A DNA stretch of 64,000 nt from NCBI RefSeq assembly GCF_963853765.1, contig NC_088858.1:12152001-12216000 (forward strand), written 5' to 3'. The stretch's first letter is position 1, and each line of letters opens with the position of its first letter. This document shows positions 21,301 to 36,300 of this stretch, in pieces. The stretch comes from Magallana gigas. Lineage: Eukaryota. Below the pieces are notes generated by a model. The model was not told the DNA's origin, searched no databases, and worked only from the letters and a program-made list of their open reading frames with translations. A program made the position numbers and the translations under genes.

Positions 21301-24300
21301 ATCATTTAATACTTTTATGTTTTCTTCATTAACATTAACATAATTCTATCAAAGTGAACAATAAAATTTAATTGTTTCTGAAGAATATATGCCCACCATG
21401 TGACAAATATTGAAACTTCACAGGGTACTGACTGGACAAGCCAAAGGTTTATTAAGATATTAAGCAAGATATATCAATACATGTATCTAGAAAAGTTCAA
21501 CCCTCAATCAAAATTTGATCTTGAAATTAATAGGGACCATACTCTTTCAAGGGCTCCAGTGTACTTTATCAAGCAATAGTGGAAAATATTATACATGATA
21601 CCTCTATCACATTACGTGAAAGTCTACCGGGTATGTTGAGTCAGCTTTAATATTGATAAATCCTCTCAGGTGTTTTATCAATAAAAACACATTTATAAAT
21701 CATGAAATTCAAAGATGAAGGAAAATGCTGTAATTTTCTTTTTAATCAATAAATGTACCGGTATATGAAATTAACTGGCAATATTGGTGTGGATATTTAA
21801 TTAGTAACAGAGCCGTGTCAAGGACAGTTGTAATGTAGGCCACAATCATTTCTCGAGTTGACATACATCCTCCCAGTTTCTGTAAATATTTCTAATTATC
21901 AATTCCCACAGCAAACATAAGGAAATTAAATAGAAAGTATAATATATATTATGTATACATAAGGAAGGAATGATGATATGCATTTCTACCACCAGATTTG
22001 ATTATTATTAATAACTAATAAACAATTTGATATTAAAAACAGGTGGTTCACAGAACCAGAGGCTATTACCGGTAAATAGGACTCAAAGTGTAACCCAATA
22101 AGCTAATTTTTGTTCCTCTTATAAATTACCAAGTCACTGGTAATGGAAAGCAACAATAAATTTGAACATGTTAGTGTAACAAATATATGGAACATATACA
22201 TGTACACATATGTATATGTATTGCTTAATTTACTTATTTTGAAATTGGGAAATATGGACACATTTTATTTTTAAAGATAAACTGTGCCTTTGCCATTTTC
22301 TATTTTGGCATATATTTTATCTGCATAAACAGCAAACTATTGCTGGGCAATATAATTTCCTGATATATGCAGGTACATGCAAAGTGCAAAATGAGGAGGT
22401 AGAGATATAACAAAACTACACTATGATGAAATAAGCTATCCCTTGAAACTCAAAGTCGCAAAAAGTTCTAACAGTACATTGTTTTGCATTTCCACACCTT
22501 CCTGAGTTTCTGTTAACATGTAGGCAATTTGGCCTAATGGCATATTAAAAAATAACGAGATATTTGTAAAACACTTATGCCCCCTCCCTTGGAAACATCT
22601 GCGAAGAAAATGAACGGAAACTACAAATAATTAAAAAATTTTAAGTCCAAGACACAAAATTCTGTCAAAAATGCTTGATCGAACCCAAAATTATACTTGT
22701 TCTAGATATTATTATGATAAACCTGTATACCAAATTTTATTTCAATATGTGCATCCTATGCGAAGAAAATGAATGAAAACTGCAAATAAATGGAATTTTT
22801 CTACGTCCAAGGGGCACAACTCTGTCGAAAATTGCTCGATCTTACCCAAAATCGATCTTGACCTAGATATCATTATGATAAAGCTGTATACTAAATTTTA
22901 TTTTAATATTTTCAGCCTCTGCAAAGAAAATGAACGGAAACTGTTGGTAGACCGACTGACCGACAGACAGCAGCAAAACAATATGCCCTCCCTTCTTTGA
23001 AGGGGGGCATAATAATTACACGTGTATTAAATGTTCGGTATACAGGGAGATATTCGCCCCTGTTTTAATTTTGCCCCTTTCGCCCTCCTCAGCAGGCAAA
23101 TTTAAGAATGGGCAAATTCCAATGCCTCATACTATCTCTCTTTAAACAAAACTTTGGGTGAATTCAAGAAGGGGCAAAACTGAAAGTGTAGAAGGGCAAA
23201 ATTTACATGGGGTGAAAATAACCCTGTATACAGTATTTTAAAACCTAATAATCTGACATTGACATTAAAATAAAATATGACCCAAAAACTTGTTATAGTT
23301 GATCGCAAGATCAAAATCACTGGAAGGTCATAATGATACATGTCACTGAGAGTGCCCAGTATCAAAAGTTGTAAACATGCTGCTGTCAGTGTCAGATAAG
23401 TTAATTCACAGTACTTCTGGAGGAAAAGTACAAACATCAGGACATCCCTGACCTATAAATAGAAGCATCACAAACACTGTACTTACCGTTCCAAGCAGTG
23501 GGTAGATGAAGCCTGCTCCAATGCTGGCTCGAACTTCACGAATCGGTACCACAAACCCTTTAGGTTCTCCTTTTTTGGTCGGGTCATGTGATAGAGATAA
23601 ATGAGTTTTGGCCATGCATATGGGTAAATCATTGAAGCCCTAGAAGTAAAATGAGGAAAAGCAATTTCATCCTTAGTTTTGGTAGATCAAACAGGAGGGA
23701 AGTGTATTAATTTTGAATGTTTGTAACAACATCACACAGTTATAACCTGAAACACTTCCTACAAACTTGGTAGTTAATTATTATTGGGAATTTATTAAAT
23801 AAAGCAATGCTAATTAGTTCTCCTGACTATATTGAGAGAAATTTAATCCTCAAATATTAAAAAGGGATGTACTTATTGATAAGTTAAACAATGCTAGTGG
23901 ATCTCATTTTGGCCATGATTTTTTATATGAATGCAATAGAAATATAACATGCTATGCAGACTGTTGCCCATTCATTAGCTTATCTGCCTAATAAATAAAT
24001 CTCTAAGTCTGTAAATTCAAAGTATTGGTTTAAAAAATTCAAAATTATTTGAAAGAGCTGCAGTATAATTTTTGTGCAAGACCATAATTTTTTAACAATG
24101 GCCCACTAAAAGTAGTTTTCATTATTTACCCACTGCTGTACAAAATGACACCACCAGCTGTTGCAAACTTAGGTTTTGAGGGAAGAATTTTGTTACATAA
24201 TTTTTAAAGTACATAGACACTAGACAGGTGGATCAAAATGACTATATCCCGTACAATGCTTTTCTGATCACACAGGAAGAAATTTTGGCTTGTTGGTTGA

Positions 24301-27300
24301 CTGAAAATTAGTTCAGAGACCAGTTTATAATTATTTTGATTTAATTCTTCACCTGGTTTTTATATCTGTTTATCTGTTCCTGGGCCAGTGGCAGAATTTC
24401 GATTCCATCAGCTCCATAAATCTCCTTACAGATTGTCTCTATCTTCTCTTCAATGGAGGACTGCAATATTTTAAAGTATCAGTAAGCCATTGTGGTGGAA
24501 ATACATATAATAAGAAAAGGGGAAGAGACACAAATGAATAAAGGTCTAGGATAGCAACATACATCTGAGCAATTATCAGAACTAAATTCATACAGATAGA
24601 TTGGGTTCATTATAACAGAGTACTTTAATGCTGATTTATATTTATAGAGAAAATCTGAATCTCTTAACATCAAAATCATTGTTTATAACACCACCATCAA
24701 TAAAAAAATGCTAATGCACAAAAGTTATTCTTAAAACCACTTCAGATAGTTAGACTACATGATCATGATTTCCTCTATTTAAGTATCCACATAATATGCT
24801 CTAAGGTATACATAATCATACACAATTTATCAAATCAATATTGACAAAACATCTTAAAATTCTTACATATTAAATCAGTTCTAAGAAAAAAGCTCATATA
24901 CACTTTGAAATGGACAAACCCAATACATGTACTTCCAATGGTTATAAGTACAGGGATAACTGTTAACTGTGACCTTTCCTTGACCTCTATGACCCTGATT
25001 GACCTACCTTGACATCATACAGGAACTTGAAGTTGCTTGGTTGACTGGTGGCTGCCTCTACTGCTGATGCTAGGTCCGCAGCACCTTGACCACCTTTAGC
25101 CCAATGGCTACATATCACCGCATCATAAGCTCCATTCTGCTTGGCAAATGATTTCACCAACTCCACTTCAGCTGGAGTATCAGTTCTGGAAAAATTCATA
25201 TCTAAAAAAATTACTATCAGTAGTCATAGTTATTATTGTATAGCTGTCTAATGCTGTCAATTTTCTATTTTAAAGGTATCATTCTACTCTGAAACTAAAA
25301 AAAGAAATATGCATACACTGTATTATACCAAAATTATAGATAGCTAAAACTTCAGCCATTTGATATTCTATGAATGTTTGGGTTCTTATTTCTCTTTAAA
25401 TAAAAAAAATTCATTAAAATTACAGATATTTTAGCATTAAATAATCAAGAAATAGAGAGATTGAGACTTACACAAACGAGTTGATGGCAACTACAACTGG
25501 TACTCCAAATTTGTTGGCATTTTCAATTTGTTTCCTCAAATTAGCACAACCTTTCTCGAGAAGTTCAAGATTCTGTTCAGTGAAGAAAATAAATAAATAT
25601 TAGTAACAAAAATGATATAGCACTTTTAAAAATCTTCTGCACTTCTTAATGAACAACAATTATATTCAAACTAATGTCCATTAAACTCACTGGTAGCAAA
25701 GTTATTCATTATATACTTAATTTGCCATATTCATTTAGTTGATACATGTAATACATTTTTAGATTCAGGGTAATGAAACAGTTTTTCCTTCAAATGTTGA
25801 TATGTTATAAGCATGTTTGCTGTAATCCTGTTTTACTGAGTGTACAGTAAAACTTGTTTAGTACCAATGTGAATATAGTGAAATCTCGGATATAGCAAAG
25901 TTTTTGGAGTCCCCGGTAATATTCCTAACACATCTTTGCAAAATTTGATGGTTATAATGAATTCTGATATAACGAAATTACCGATATAGCAAACTGATTT
26001 TGAGTTACGTAGAAGTGATACAATCATGTAAGTCAGCAAGGGCTGTGTATACCTCTTCCACATAAGCCTTGGGGAGTGGTACCCCAGCAGTGACAGTCGG
26101 TCCCCCACCGTGCATCTTCAGCGCTCTCACTGTCGCCACCAGCACCACAGCATTAGGGATCAGACCCGAGGCTCTGCATTTGATGTTAAAAAATTTCTCC
26201 ATTCCAATGTCAGCACCAAATCCAGCCTCCGTCACTAAGAAAATTGATGAAAAATCAGTTAATAATAAAGGACATACTTGTTCAAAAACGGAATTAAATT
26301 AAAGCACACACACCAAAACATATCAAGAATAACATCAAATTACAATTTCATTGTACAATTGTTCACATTTTCCACTTTACTTTTATTAAGAAGTTATAAA
26401 AATAATATTCATAACTTACCAACAAACCCATTTTCTCCAACCAGTTTTAATGCAATTTTATCTGCAATTATGGAGGAATTTCCATGAGCAATGTTTGCAA
26501 AAGGACCGGCATGCACAAATACTGGAGTTCCCTGAATACACACAAAATGAAATCATTGTTACAGGAAAGCAAAAGATTGAAATTTTTGTAAATCTAAAGT
26601 TTCTCTTTGGTCTAATATACATTTATAACCCCCAAAAAGTATACAGTATAAATTTTCTTCATTTTACCTCTAATGTCTGCATCAAGTTGGGTCTGATTGC
26701 ATCCTTCATCAAAACAGTCAATGCCCCACTCACTCCCTAAAAAAACAACTTTACTGGTAAACTGTATGGATACTTATCAAATTCATAATGTAGACTTGAT
26801 TGAAATTTCATGATTGTTGAACTGATTCTTACCAAGTCATCAGCTGTGACTGGTACCCCTGCTTTACTAGTTCCTACAACCATTTGTCCAAGCCTCTCTC
26901 TCATATCTTGTAATCCAGTTGTCAGGGCTAAGATTGCCATGATTTCACTGGCAACAGCTATGTCAAACTGGCACTGAAAAAAATTTAAAGTCTCATGCAA
27001 TTATTATGACTGCATCTTCATTCGAGAATTCACTCTCGAATGTACATTTATGTGTTTTTCAATTTAGTTTAGTATATTTGTGGCCAATTATCTTATAAAT
27101 AAATACATTGGATTAATATATGAAATATATGAAGAGATCTCAAACATTCCAGATAAAAAGACTATTTCATATAATACATGTATACTGACTGAGTAATCGT
27201 TTTCTGCCTTACCTCTCTTGTGTGGCCCTTCTCAAGCGGTCCCTGACCAACGGTTATCTTTCTTAAGAATCTGTCATTTGTGTCCAAAACTGAAATATGG

Positions 27301-30300
27301 AAGATTGATAATCCTTGTAAATGCAAGTAAAATTGTGACTTTCAAACAAGTCATACAAAACATTTCATACACCATTTTATTAAATTTCTTTTAAGGATTT
27401 GTTCATCAAACAAAAATGATAAATATCTTTCATCATTAGTATCACTGTAAAAGTTTTTATTTACGCTGAAGGTTAATAAGTACCAATTTGTAAGGTCAAA
27501 CAATACTCGTAGGTGTAACGAATTATATACTTACGATTGAAGCATAATTTAATACCAGTTAAGTTATAAAAAAGTTATGACTGAGTATAACTTTTTTTGG
27601 TATGGGTAATTAGCACTTTAAAGTTTTGATTTTCTTACCATACTTGCAGGGGTATTTTATGCAGTTTGTAGGTTACTGCGTAACTAGTGTAAATTTCCCT
27701 CATGTGTTACCACTTTTACATTACATACATCATTTTGTTATCATTTACCTCTTTGCCATGTAATAGTTGCAGGGTCAATATCCAAACGGACAAAGCGATT
27801 AATTTCCTCAGGGGTCAGTTCATTGGGATCTGTTTTAGTAATTCCAATTTTCTACAGTACAATATGCAGTTATCAGTCAATGTAAATTTGATTTGCAAAG
27901 TCTAAAAAACTAGTCAGATAGTTCTTTTCTCAATAATAACAACTTTCAAGCACTTGCATGTAAGTATAGATCAACACGTACCTGTAATCTTTTAATCTGG
28001 ATTTTTGAAAAGGCTCGCTTGCCTTTATTGTCAGGTACCAGTCTGCGATACAAGTCCTCGTCTTTTTGTGTACTCTCATGGAACATGCGAGCCTCGATCT
28101 GAGCTGCCAACAAATTGTTTGCTGCTGTTATGGCGTGAATATCTCCTGTCAAGTGCAAGTTGAACTCCTCCATGGGAATGACCTGCGAGTAGCCTCCCCC
28201 TGCAGCCCCACCTATAAAGGTCAAAGTCAAGATTAATATTCTTGAAAATGCTTTTGTTCAGTGCAAACAAGAAGAAAATCTGAACTACCGGGGTAGTATA
28301 ATAACCTTTTGTATATGGTTAATTCATACTAATAATTTTTATGTTTCAGAAAACTGTTCCTGAAAAAAGTTATCTAAATAATGGTACCTTTGATGCCAAA
28401 TGTAGGGCCTTGAGAGGGTTGCCTGACACATGCGAACACATTTTTCTTAAGGGCAGCTCCCAGGGCCTGGACCAGACCTATGGTTGTAGTACTTTTACCC
28501 TCACCAAGAGGGGTTGGAGTGATACTGAATATAATTAAAAATTCAGTTATTTTGACCATGCACACAACAAGAGTCTTTTCATCTCTATATTTTAAATAAT
28601 CAGCTTTTCACAAGTTCATAAATCCATCTATCACACTCATTACAGAACATGTTTCTAGTATCCTACCCAGTGACTACAATGTATTTGCCGTCTTTCTGTC
28701 CCTGCAGTCTTTTGAGGACGTCCAGGGAGACCTTGGCTTTCTTCTTTCCATAGAGGTCCACTTCCTCGGGGAGAAGGTCCACTTCCCTGGCTAATAGCTC
28801 CACATTCTTTGGGGTCTGTGACTGGGCCACCTCAAGGTCACTGTAAGCATCACAAGGTCAAAAGTTACTGCTGTGCAAGGTCAACTAGCTACCGGTATTT
28901 ATGTTTACTTTATGACAAACTAATTAAAAGTTAAAATGATAAGTCTTCTTAAATAATTGGTACAAAATCTGACCTTGGTACTGGGGTTTTACAGTTCAAT
29001 GGCAGTAACTGTAGATTCCATTCTCCTTTCCCCTAGAATACAACAGAACAAATAATACAATATCAAAATAAATTCTTATCAGTGAAGCAATTCTTTAACA
29101 TCCATCTAACATCTAAAAAAAATCAAGTCCTGTGTACCCCACATTTCTCCACCATCCTCTTGGCCTGTTCAAATGTGTTTTGGAGCAGCATGGCAACAGT
29201 CATTGGCCCGACACCCCCAGGGACAGGGGTGATCCAAGACGCCACACCCTGCACTTCTTCATAAGCCACATCACCAACCAATCGTTTGCCAGACTTCTTG
29301 GTAGCATCTAATAGAGTAGTGTAAATACACAAAAATTACCATAGCACATGTTATCGGATAGTGTAGTAACTACATGTAATCATGAAATAGAAAAGAAGCC
29401 AAATACATTTCAAACTTACCTGGAATTGAGTTGATTCCACAATCAATAACAATAGCTCCAGGTTTCACCCAGTTACCTTTCACAAACTCTGCTTTTCCTA
29501 TGGCAACTACTAGAATGTCTGCAGTTTTTACCTTAATTCACAAACAAATATTTTTTCAATAATTTGCATAGGTTTCACAGCAATTACATAGAAGAGGATA
29601 TATAGGTTCCTGAATGGGGCTGATCCACCCAATTGTAAATCTTGGTGAATTAAAGCAAAGCAGTCATGATGACAGCATTACAGATCTCTTAAATTTTTAA
29701 CAATAATTATACCCCAAACCGTGAAATGGCAAAACCTCTTAAAATTTTGTTTGAGTAACAATTGACATGGATGTGATAGTACATACTGACTTTTAACCTA
29801 CTGAATTGAATATCTACTGGGGATCAGTCACTTGTCAAAACCAATAAGTCTACCAGAGGTTCAACTACTGGCTAGTGGCTATCATACTTGACTCGGGTTT
29901 TGATTGGGTACGACAATGCATGTATTTTTACGGTAACTTGTTGACTTTTATCCTATAGACCCAGAAATCAATAGAGGTCAACTACATACATGTATATAAA
30001 TAGTGCCTGTTTGGGAGGGTAATAGTTGAAATTGACACCCCTCGAAAACCATTGTCAACCGACGCAAAGCGGTCGAGAGGTGTCAATTTCAAATGTTACC
30101 CTCCCAAACAGGCGCCATTTATTTTACTATATTGAATGTCTTAATTTTAGAGAAAATTTTACTACTTTTATATAGAAATGACGTGAATTTTACAGCGAAC
30201 AGTATGCACATAATTTACGTGCATGTTACAATTTGTTGTGTTACCCATTGCCAAATGTGTTGCTAACACTGAGGGTAATAGAACAGATTATCAACTGCAT

Positions 30301-33300
30301 CTAAACCAATCAGATTTGAGTATTTAACATAAAAGTACATGTATAATAATATCTTTTGGCAAACCTGTGCTTAAAGTTTACCTAACATGAAATAGCTTTG
30401 ATTATTAGTCAAACCAAACTTTAAAATGTTAATTGCAGTAACTTTGTCCCTGAATTTTCAATGTTATATTCAGTGGGCTAGGTCAAACTCTTAAAATTTT
30501 ACAAGGAAATGGATTTCAAAATTTATTACTGATTTGAAAACAATAAGCACTCTTCTTCAGTGATGCATAAAGAATGTAAGTGGGAAAATAGTCAATCAAC
30601 AGACACATGGCAAATACATGTTATTGTATAGGTTAGAACAAATATAGAATGCTGCAACTTAAAAATTCTAAAGGTACATGTATATAATAAATCATTTATA
30701 TAAAAAACAATCGCAACCTGTTAACCCAATAAGTAAAGTGAAACTTACAATATCTGGCAGATTCTGTGTCTTGGAGTGGCAGACAGTGACCGTGGCATGG
30801 TTCCACTTTAACAGGTCAGCCATAGGAGACCCCACAATCTTACTGCGACCAAGAACCACTGCATTCTTACCAGCCAAAGACACCCCTAAACGTAAAATCA
30901 AGAATTTCTAAAAATATTGCTCGCCTGTAAAAACTAAATACATGTATTTGAAAATTATATAACAGTCTATAACTATAAGTATAGGCATAACTCTTCAGAA
31001 GATGATTTGTTATGAATAAAAATTAGGCACAAAACAGATACCAGCAAACAAGTATGGGAAACTATTGGAAATGGTGGTGAGATTTTTTAGCTACAGTAAG
31101 TTAGGGATTCTGCTGAAAGATACTCAAACTGCCAGTGTTAATTATTTATGGAAATCCAGACTGAAAACATCATAATCACATATCTGTCTTCAAACACACA
31201 CTGTAGTATAAGGGGGTAGATTGAATTGTGGGATTTTTATTCATTAAGGGTTGAAAATAAAAATCCCAATTAACTGGTAATTAGAGCCAAGGTGTTTTCA
31301 ATTTAGATTATTTATCTGATCATTCTTTGAGAAAATGAATACATGTACTAGGAAGATCAACATCAAATATTCAAATATGAATTCTGGTGTGCGGTATCAT
31401 GGTTAAAACAGACTAGACTTGTATTAACATTATTGAGAAAAAGAAATTAAAATCTTTTTTCCTGGTTATATGCACATCAACACATTATGTTTTAAATACC
31501 CACAAAGTTTCATGTAATTCCAAGCAGCAGACGCTGCAGTTTAAAAGGACAAACTGTTTATTACAATATTCAATAAATGGCCAAAATTCGAAGTTCAAAA
31601 AGACTGAAATTTAAAAAAAAAATAATGGAATCAGAATTTCCTGGTAATATATTCACATTTACACATTGTGTCCTAAATACCTACCAAGTTTTACGAATTT
31701 GCATGTAGCGGTTTAAGAAGAACTGCACTTACAAAAAAAAACATGCAGACTGACTAACTTATGGACAGGTCAAAACCGTTATACTCCTAACAACTTTTTG
31801 TGTGGGGTATAATAACATGTTATTTGTCATTCAACATCTCCAATATAGATAAAAATTAACTGTACATACCTCGAAGCATTTGTGAACCCTCAAAATTATT
31901 TTGTTTCAAATTTCAAAAATCATTATACTGTCAAAAGTTTTTTAAGACTCAACTTTATTCCAGAGACACTGAATAAAACAATATTATTGAAAAATGCTGA
32001 TGTAGGAGGTCAAATTTTACTGTGTCTTTTCCTTTGATTTATATGCCATTTGCATAGCTACTAAGAAATTCACACAAAAACTTGAATCAACCTTATTCCA
32101 GAGGCACTGAATAAAATAATATTATTGAAAAATGCTGATGTAGGAGGTCAAATTTTACTGTGTCTTTTATTTGATTTATATGCCATTTGCATAGCTAATA
32201 AGAAATTCACACAAAAACACCCAGTAGGAGACTAACTTTGATAGATTAATGGAATGAAGGTCAAAAAACTTCAAGCTAATGGAATGGATAACAAAACTTA
32301 TTTGACTTTAAACATTTCTTAGAAGACCTAAAAGGAATTAAAAATAATCAAATTTACATCTGTTGATGACTTAAAAAATGTTATTAATAAGTTTACCCTA
32401 CTTTTACTTAGCTCATGCACTGATAATTCAAGTTCAGTAAGTTCAAATGATGCAACAAGGAAATTTGTTTAATGAATACATGTACTGTATATTCTTTATT
32501 TTACACAAATACTTAATTCCACGATTCCACTGTTTTGTATCAAATTACGTGAATATAAAATCGTGAGCACAGAACTTTTGCCATAATTTCTTATAGTTCA
32601 CCTCTGTCAGAAAAATACAAGCAAAATTCAGCTAAGGGGTGCCTCTCTTGATTTAACACGGATATGAATTCCTCAAGTTTAATTAGGAATCTATACTATA
32701 AGTACATTTTTGGGAACCCTCTGTTTCTAAGTTTTGTCTATTTTCTTACTTTTTCAACTTAGAACACATGCAAAAAAAATTAATAATTAATTTGTCCTGT
32801 TTGTAAAAATTTATTTGAATGGTATGTATAGGACCCTAATAAGCTAGTCTTCTTCAATGCAAACCTTCCTGTTGGTATTAGACTGTTCATCAAAAGAGCA
32901 CCAGAGTTATGAACAAGGAATATTGACCTCATAAATCTGTGTTCCGGGACACTGTTCCAATGACAGCCTGGGTTGTAATTTATGATCTGATTACTTAATT
33001 AACCTGTACTTGATATGTCAAAATACCTTTTCCAAGAAAGCAGAGGCTCATAGGCCACTGTGCTTACCTGAGTCACATTATACTGTGTATCTGCAACACA
33101 TATAACACTCAATCTCTATAATATTCAATATACTAGTAATCTATAAGGAATATCTGTAAACGCATGAACCAGTAAGTATAAATTATATATGTAAGATCAA
33201 GAACAGTTAAACATCTCATCTATTTATTAATGGCTAAAAAACAGAGAATGGTACATTCACTTTAGTTTTAAAAAGAGGCTGCCTATATGTCAATATTTAA

Positions 33301-36300
33301 TTCTACTGAATCAGCAACCACAAGACCCTATTAGTCATCTTTAGATGTACATGCACTAGGTCTTGAAAATTCAAGCATTTTTTAATGTTTACTGTATATA
33401 TGTGTTGTCCATCTTTATTATTGTGTTTTTAACAAGCTGAAGAAACCTGGTGTAAAATAATACAATTCAGGTCACTGACTTTTAATGACCTGGTTTCACT
33501 TAAAACCTTGAGATTAATGGTCCACAAATTCCAACAAGTCATGAATTCACTTTACAACCGTAAATCCCTATTAAACTACATATAATGTCACTATGCAACT
33601 AACAAGGAAAACAAATTTTAACTGTTCATGCTTTGCATCAGTCTAGTGTTGCATGGTGTTAATTTAGCAAATAATGGGAATAGGCATAATTGTACATAAC
33701 TAGATTGAGCCTCATCATTTTGATTACAAACAAGACATCAATATAGTTATATAGAAGCAAAATAGTAAATCAAGGTACTAAGCAATAAAATAAATCTTTC
33801 TCCATCTCTTACTCCCTCTCAAATCAAAGTAAAAATATTTAAAAACTGAAGTATTTAATAATTTCTCAACAAAAACTGAATTTACCACTCTTTTTTATCA
33901 GTTCAAGGCATCCCCTAGGTGTGCAGGGAAATATGCAGCCATCAAAATCCCCACGAGATAGTTTTCCAGCATTTGATTCATGGAGCCTAAAAAATTAAAA
34001 ACATATTTAAGATTCAACATGTCTGGTACTCATTTAAAGAAATTAAAGAGGCCTGTAGTGTTACTCTTTATTATACAAGGTTCCTGCAGTTTATTTAAGG
34101 ACTGCATGGGTCCATAACATTAGAATTGAGAAAATCAATAGCAAAGCTCAAACTCAAAGGGGGGGGGGGGGAATCAACATCAACAGGTATGTATCTGAAA
34201 ACTTTTTGCAGTTTGGTTTTTGATACCAGTACCAAGTACATTTATCTTTTAATAACTTTGAGGGTTATGACAATTTTTTTTATGGAAAGAAGTACCATTT
34301 CACCATTAGATTTATAGGAACTTTGCAGAAATAAAGGACTGGAAGTTTTGAAAGATCCTTGAAATCTTCATCTTTTATCTTAATTTTAATTATTAACATA
34401 TCGGACACCTGGTTCGTGCATTCGAAAATTTTTAGATGGAAATTTTTACACATGTACATTTTAAAAAATTTCTCAAATATGTGGATGATGTGTAAAGATG
34501 CCAAATGTGGATTTATCTTAAACAATTCTTACCCATCTACATCCTTCTCTGGTTTAATTGCATTTGTGACCAGGTGCGAATCAATTTCATTGCTAGAATC
34601 CAAGGGAAGCTGAAAATATATTTAAAATGCATATCGATAAACACAAACCTTCATTTCCAAATTACATGAGATTATTCTTTTATATTAGAATGAAAAGTTC
34701 ATTGGACTTACTTGAACAATGATTCCATGCACACCTGGATCATTGTTTAATTTCTCCACAGTTTGAAGGACCTGCCATAGAGAAAAGAAAGAAAGAAAAG
34801 GTCAAATTAAAGCTGCTTGGTACAATTTTTTATCAAATTTTTTGCACGTTTTTAAACGATGGTTCTGCTATGTATATGTATAATAATGGACATAGCAGTA
34901 GTTTTCCCAATCAATTAAGCCAACTTTCAATAAAAAAAATTATGTACGAAATTTGTTAACAAAACAAATGACATAAAAGGGTATCATGTTATTTCACCTC
35001 ATGTTAAAATTCACCCCTGATGTCAAGATGGGTATAGTTGTATTACGACTTTAACACTGCTATTAATAGCGAGCGAAGCGAGCTTTAAGAACCAGTGTGC
35101 GTGGGAAAAAGAACGAGCTAAACCTGCAGTTCATCAAACAAAATTTTTTGTCTACATCCCATAATGCTCTCTAATGTTTTCACCCATGGTGCTATGCCAA
35201 AAATGGCTGACTTTTAACTCGTAATTTACGGTGTCTTAAGGTTTGAAGACACGTTTAGAGTACTGCATATGCTTTGGCGAGACTCCAGAGATTTGTTAGT
35301 TGCTTCCATACCTTCGTATTGAGTCCAGATACGTAAACAAAGACGAACAAAGTTATGGATGACGTCACAGTGCTCTCGCGATATATTTCCCGCGATATAT
35401 TTTGAGGTGGATCAAACATCTGTTATGCGTGTACTAGCTATTTCAGTATAGACTGCGATATCTGTCTCATTGACATATGATTTGTTTTTTCTTTAATATA
35501 GAGATTATTTAAATGTTTATTAGCAAAACCATACTTTACTGTCATATCGATTCATTTTTAAGCTAATTGTGCATGCATGTACAGTAGGCAGGTAAGTATA
35601 TGAGTATATCAGTAGGGAGGAAATAAACAATAGGATATTTTGAACTAAATAAAAAGGAATAAAGAGAAAAAATAAACAGTTAAAAAATTTATGTAGATAT
35701 TGCATATAGTCAAACCATTAAATTTAAAAGTGGGAAATAATACACCTACAAACATGCAGGAACTGGACTCTCTCTCTCTCTCTCTCCCGGGAGAGGGGTA
35801 GGGGGTTGCGCTGTTTGTATCATGACCATTAAAATTAGTACATTTGCCCCGGCATACTTATTGTAGAGAAATAATCTCTCAAAAATTCTTTGATGTTCAT
35901 TGATACCTAAATAACACTAGGTTGACGGTATGTGTAATTCTTGCTGCGCTCGCCAGAACGGTAGCACAGTAAAACATATTAAAGGTAATGTTCAGGTAAA
36001 TGAAAAATAAACCTGTGACTGTTTTGTTTGCTATAATATTTCTGATGTTTGCTTTGTTTACAATCGATGCATAGCATGCGGCCAGTTGAATAACCCCAAT
36101 CATTCGGGGAATGAAACCAAACGGTTCCCTTCTCAAAGCATCCCATGATGCATTTTTGTTCGTTTTTTTGTTTGCCCAAAAAGAAATATTCTTCATTTAC
36201 TTTGAATATTTCTAACTTTGAAAGGAGACAGATTCTGCTGGTGTAAATAGGAGAAAGTCCATAACTTTCTAAGGTAAATGGTTTGTGTGGAAAATTATTT

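Noticed and set aside
33638-33718. Possible intronic C/D-box snoRNA (ATGATGA...CTGA, ~81 nt, minus strand)
   Set aside because: No convincing terminal stem or recognisable rRNA complementarity; such boxes arise by chance in AT-rich introns.
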